Positions 58,310 through 64,000 of a DNA stretch of 64,000 nt are shown here, piece by piece. The stretch is taken from assembly GCF_009914755.1 (NCBI RefSeq), contig NC_060929.1; one strand, written 5' to 3'. The notes under the pieces are model-generated. The model had not been told where the DNA came from, searched no databases, and saw nothing but the letters and a program-made list of their open reading frames with translations. The stretch is from the human T2T-CHM13v2.0 reference genome, Homo sapiens. Positions within the stretch are counted from its first letter, which is position 1. Every line of letters starts with the position of its first letter. The position numbers and the translations under genes were made by a program.

Positions 58310-60552
58310 ATTTTCTTTTTTGAATTTTTAACTTATATTTTAGGTTCAAGTGTACATGTGGAGGTTACACAGGTAAACTCATGTCACAAGGGTTTATTGT
58401 GCAGCTTGTCACCAAGATACTAAGCCTATTGTCCAATTTTTTACTTTTTCAGATCTTCTCCCTCCTCTTACCCTCCACACTGAAGTAGGCTCCAATGACT
58501 GTTGTTCCCCTCTATGTGTTCATGTGTCCTCATAATTTAGGTCCCCCTTGTAAATGAGAACATGTGGTATTTGGTTTTCTGTTTCTGCATTAGTTTGCTA
58601 AGATTAATGGCCTCTAGCTCCATCCATGTCCCTGCAAATGACATGATCTCATTCTTTTTTATGACTGTGTAGTATTCCATGATGTATGTGTACATTTTCA
58701 TTATCCAACCTGCCATTGATTAGCATTTACATTGATTCCATGTCTTTGCTATTGCGAATAGTGCTGCAATGGACATACACGTTCATGTGTCTTTATAACA
58801 GAGCAATTTATATTCCTTTGGGCCTACATCCAGTAATGGGATTGCTGGATCAAATGGTAGTTCTGCTTCTAGTTCAAGGAGTTGCCCTGCTGTTTTCCAC
58901 AATGGTTGAACTATTTACACTCCCATCAACAGTATATAAGTGATCTCTTTTCTCCACAATCTCGCCAGCATTTATTTGTTAACATTTTAATAAAAATAGT
59001 CATTCTGACTGGTGTGAGATGGTGTCTCACTGTGGCTTTGATTAGCATTTCTCTAATGATGAGCGATACTGAGCTTTTTTCATATCCTTGTTGTCTACAT
59101 GTATGTCTTCCTTTGAAAAGCGTCTGCTCATATCCTTTGCCCACTTTTGAATGCATTTTTTCTTGTAAATTTAAGTTCCTTATAGATGCTGGATGGTAGA
59201 CCCTGATTAGATACATAGTTTGCAAATATTTTCTCCCATTCTGTAGGTTGTCTGTTTACTCTATGGATAGTATATTTTGCTGTACTGAAGCTCTTTAGTT
59301 ACATCCCATTTTTCAATTTTTGCTTTTGTTGCAATTGCTATTGGCATCTTCATCATGAAATCTTTGCTCATTCCTATGTCCAGGATGGTATTACCTAGGT
59401 TGTCTTCCAGGGTTTTTATAGTTTTGGGTTTTACATTTAAGTCTTTAATCCATCTTGAGTTGATTTTTGTATATGGTGTAAGGAAGGAGTCCAGTTTTAA
59501 TTTCGTACATGTGGCTAGCCAGTTATCCCAGCACTATTTTTTGAATAGGAAGCCCTTTCCCCATTGCTTATTTTTATCAGCGTTGTCAAGTAGGTTTGTG
59601 GCCTTATTTCTGGGATCTCTATTCTGTTCCATTGGCCTATGTGTCTGTTTCTGTACCAGTACCAGGCTGCTTTGGTTACTACCGCCCTGTAGTATAGTTT
59701 GAAGTCAGGTAATGTGATGCTTCCAGTTTTGTTCTTTTTGCTTAGGACTGCCTTGGCTCTTTTGGCTCTTTTTTTTTTTGTTCCATATGAATTTTAAAAT
59801 TGTTTTTTTTAGTTCTGTGAAGAATGTCATTGGTAATTTGATAGAAATAATATTGGATCTATAAATTGCTTTGGGCAGTAAGGCCATGTTAATAGTGATT
59901 CTTCCAATCCATGAACATGGACTGTTTTTCCATTTGTTTGTCATTTCCGATTTCTTTGAGAATTGTTTTGTAATTCTCATTGTAGAGATCTTTAACCTCC
60001 CTGGCAACTGTATTCCTAGATATGTATTCTTTTTGTGGCAATTGTGAACGGGATTGCATTCCTAGCTTGGCTCTTGACTTGGCTGTTGTTGGTGTATTGA
60101 AATGCTAGTGATTTTTGGATGTTGATTTTGTACGCTGAAACTTTGCTAAAGTTGTTTATCAGCTGAAGGAGCATTTGAGCTGAGACTAGGGGTTTTCTAG
60201 GTATATAATTATGTCATCTACAAACAGAGATAGTTTGACTTCCTCTCCTTCTATTTGGATGCCCTTTATTTCTTTCACTTGTCTAATTGCTCTGGCCAGG
60301 ACTTCCAATACTATGTTGAATAGGAGTGATGAAAGAGGGCATCCTTGTTTTATGCTGGTTTTCAAAGGAAATGCTTCCGGCTTTTGCCCATTCAGTATTA
60401 TATTGGCTGTGGGCTTGTCACAGATGGCTATTATTTTGAGGTATGTTCATTCGATACCTAGTTTATTGAGAGTTTTTAACATGAAGTGGTGTTGAATGGT
60501 ACTGAAAGCCTTTATACATTGTTGTAGTCATGTGGTTTTTGTCTTTAGTTCC
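58310..60552 (-). mobile_element. 5'-truncated L1PA12/13-like LINE-1
   Basis: 3'UTR 'ggtaaactcatgtcacaagggtttattgt', antisense ORF2 frames ([14 protein letters not shown]). Confidence 0.9.
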
Positions 60553-61383
60553 ATCAATGATCTTTGATGTTACTATTGTACTTGTTTTGGAATGCCATGA
60601 ACCATGCCCATATAAGATGGCCAAGTTAATGGGTGAATGTAGTGTGTGTTCTGACAGCTCCACCAGCTAACTGGCTGTTCCCCCATATTTCTCTCTCTCT
60701 TCAAGCCTCCCTATTCTCTGAGACACAGCAATGTTGAAAAGACTCCAAATAATAACCCTACAATGGCTTCTAAGTGTTCAAGTGAAAGGAAGAGTTGCAC
60801 ATCTCCACTTAAAATCAAGAGGCAGAAATAATTAAGCTTAGTGAGGAAGGCATGTTAGAAGTTGAGACAGGCCAAAAGCTAAGCCTCTTATAACAAACAG
60901 CCAAGTTGTGAATGCAAAGGAAGAGGCAAGGCCCTCCACTAGCAAAAAGATTATGACTCCCTGAAGTCTCAGATGATCTTTAGCATTTTTTAGCAATAAG
61001 TATTTTTTATTTGAGGTATGGACATTTTTGAGACATAATGCTATTTAACACCGAACAGACTATAGTATAGTATAAACATAGCTTTTATATGCACCGAAAA
61101 ACTAAAAAATTGAAGTAACTCATTTTATTGCAAACTCACTTATTGCAGAGTTCTAGAACTGAACCCACAATAACTCTGAAGTGTGCCTGTATTTAGAACC
61201 CAGTTGATTATATTTGAAACTGCTTCTGTTATAATTATGATGACTTTTTGTCTAATTGAGTCACCACTAGTTTTGATAAGATCTTTTTAGAAACCTTATA
61301 AATGCCAATCTCTAACTAGCTTTGATTATGAGTATAATAGAAATTATGTAACGGTATATAGGAGGTAATTGAAAGTAGAAATA

Positions 61384-61736
<353 letters not shown>

Positions 61737-62139
61737 TCATATACAAAAGTAAACTGTCTCCTCTTACAAACAGAATTGAGGACTATAAGTTGCAAATAAA
61801 AAACTCCCTTTGTCATTTGTGAGTCAATTAGATCTAAGTTATTAAAATATTAAAGTTTAAATATTACATGAGAGCTTCCTGAAACTTCTAGTATTACAAA
61901 GAAAATATGGTCACTGCTCACCACATTGCATGTGGATCAGCTAACAACTTCAAAATGCTGTGTGAAAAGAAGTCAAAAGAAGGTCTTAAAATACTAATTC
62001 TGGTTGGTGGAATTATCAGTGATATTCATTGTTTGCTATTTTTCATATTTTACAAGTTTATACTATTATTAACATGTAAAACTTTTTAGATCAAATAAAT
62101 GTTATCATAGCTAGTGTAAAAAATTACACCCCAATTTTA

Positions 62140-63545
62140 AAAAAAACTTAACTACAAACCTATAGTAATCAAGATAGTGTAGTACTGGCATATGGATAGA
62201 CATGTGGATAAATGGAATTAAATTGAGAGTCCAGAAATAAACCCTTAAATTTACATTCAATTGGTTTTCAACAAATACACCAAGATAATTCAAGAGAGAA
62301 AGAAGTTTTCAACAAATGGTGCTGGGGCAACAAACATCCACATGTAAAAGAATGAAGTTGGACCCCTGTCACACATCACATATAAAAATTAACTCAAAAA
62401 TAAATCAAAGACCTAAATGTAAGAGCTAAACCTATAAATATATCAGAACAAAATGCCAGTACACATCTTTTGGGGACTTCAAATTAGGCAATGGTTTCTT
62501 AGGTGCAACTCTTTAGTGTCAAAGCCCAAGAAAGGAAACAAAAATAAAGTGGACTTTATCAAAATTAAAAAAGGTTGTGCTTCAAAAGACACCCCAAGGA
62601 AGTGAAATGCCAACACACAAAATGAGAGAAGGTATTTTCAAATTATATATCTTATAAGGAACTTATATGCAGAATAAAGAATTCTTACAATTCAACAATA
62701 CAAAGACAGTCAAATTATAAAATGGGCAAAAGATTTTAACAGACATTTCTCCAAAGAAGATGTATGAATGACAAATAAGGACATGAAGGTCAACATAATT
62801 AGTCATTATGGAAATGCAAATCAAAATCATAATGAGATACCAGTTCATACCATGAGGATGGCTATGATCAAGAAAGCATACAATAACAAGTGTTGGCAAG
62901 GATGTAGAGATATTGGAACTCCCATATATTGCTAATAAGAATCTAAAAGTTACAGCCACTTTGTCAAACAATTTATAAGTTCCTCAAAATGTTATACACA
63001 GAATTACAACAAAACCAAGCAATTTCACTAATAGTTATCTTCATATGAAACGTTTGAAAACTTAAGTCCACACAAACACTTGTACCTGAATAGCAGCATT
63101 ATTTATAACAACCAGAAAGTGCAAACAACCCAAATGTCCATCAACCTATGAAAGAATGAACAGAATGTGGTGTATCCATACAATACCATTTGTCAACAAA
63201 AAAGAATGAATTACTGACACACACAACACGTATGGACCTTGAAAACATCATGCTAAGTGAAAGAAGCCAAACTCAAAAGGCCACGTATTATATGATCCCG
63301 TTAATGTATAATATCCAGAATATGGAAATCTATACAGATGGAAAGTAGATTTGTGGTTTCCAGGGATGGGGGAAACAAGGTTGAGAAGAAGGAGTGACTG
63401 CTAATTGGTAAGGCTGATGATGTGTTGTAAACTTAGATTCTGATGATAGTCGCACACCTTTGTAAAAACACTAAAAACCATTGAGCTTTATGTATGCTGT
63501 AAATTAATGAGCTTTATGGTGTGTAAATTATATATCAATACAGTG
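62140..63545 (+). mobile_element. L1MB-like 3' portion
   Basis: 'tagtaatcaagatagtgtagtactggcat', 'gaccttgaaaacatcatgctaagtgaaagaagcca' and an L1MB-type 3'UTR. Confidence 0.8.
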
Positions 63546-63549
63546 TTTT

Positions 63550-63800
63550 TAGAAGGATGTTCATAGCAATAGTGTTTGTAACAAAAGAAAATTGAAAATA
63601 ACCTAAATATCCATCAATAGAACAGATAAATAAACTTGCATATTTATACTCTGAAATATCCACGTCAAAGAAAATGAATAAACAATATACAAAGAGCATG
63701 AATAGAGAAAAATCTCAAAAACATTGTTGAGCAGTAGGAGGCACTCACAGAAGCACACAGAATGATTCCATTTATAGAGTTCAAAAAGGTAAAACTACAT
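63550..63800 (+). mobile_element. L1ME-like 3' fragment
   Basis: 'aggatgttcatagcaatagtgtttgtaac...aacctaaatatccatcaatag'. Confidence 0.6.
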
Positions 63801-64000
63801 GAAGTAACTCTTCTGACTTGATTATTCACTTAAAGGGAAAAAAATCAACATCATAATAATTTGCCCATTTTATAAAATCTTTAATTTTTAAAGTTAGACT
63901 ATTTTGCTATGAAAGAAGTCCTTATTTATTCTATAAAAAGACACTGTCAATCTTTATCTTCATCCTGTACTTCGTTTTACCAAATTCTTATTCAAAGAAA

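Overview
Repeat-dense primate genomic DNA, most likely human because an Alu with all five AluYa5 diagnostic bases is present. It looks intergenic or deep-intronic. I can support no host protein-coding gene, tRNA/rRNA gene or CRISPR array. The long ORFs are decayed L1 ORF1/ORF2, HERV-L gag/pro/pol/dUTPase, Tigger1, Alu or THE1 frames, or are unrecognised. Main elements: two internally deleted Tigger1 transposons each split by a minus-strand L1, several L1PA copies, a near-full L1PREC2-like element carrying a complete THE1 provirus, a HERV-L provirus with one LTR, about ten Alus, MaLR/ERVL solo LTRs, hAT elements, L2/MIR relics, and a TE-poor island at ~39-47.7 kb. The most notable structures are two apparent L1 3' transductions inside the Tigger1 copies (~0.2 kb and ~3.4 kb), a 61-bp apparent gene-conversion tract between inverted L1s, and a patchwork templated insertion made of nearby sequence. 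I did not find a new multi-gene system. Subfamily calls rest on recalled consensus sequences and need RepeatMasker/Dfam confirmation.
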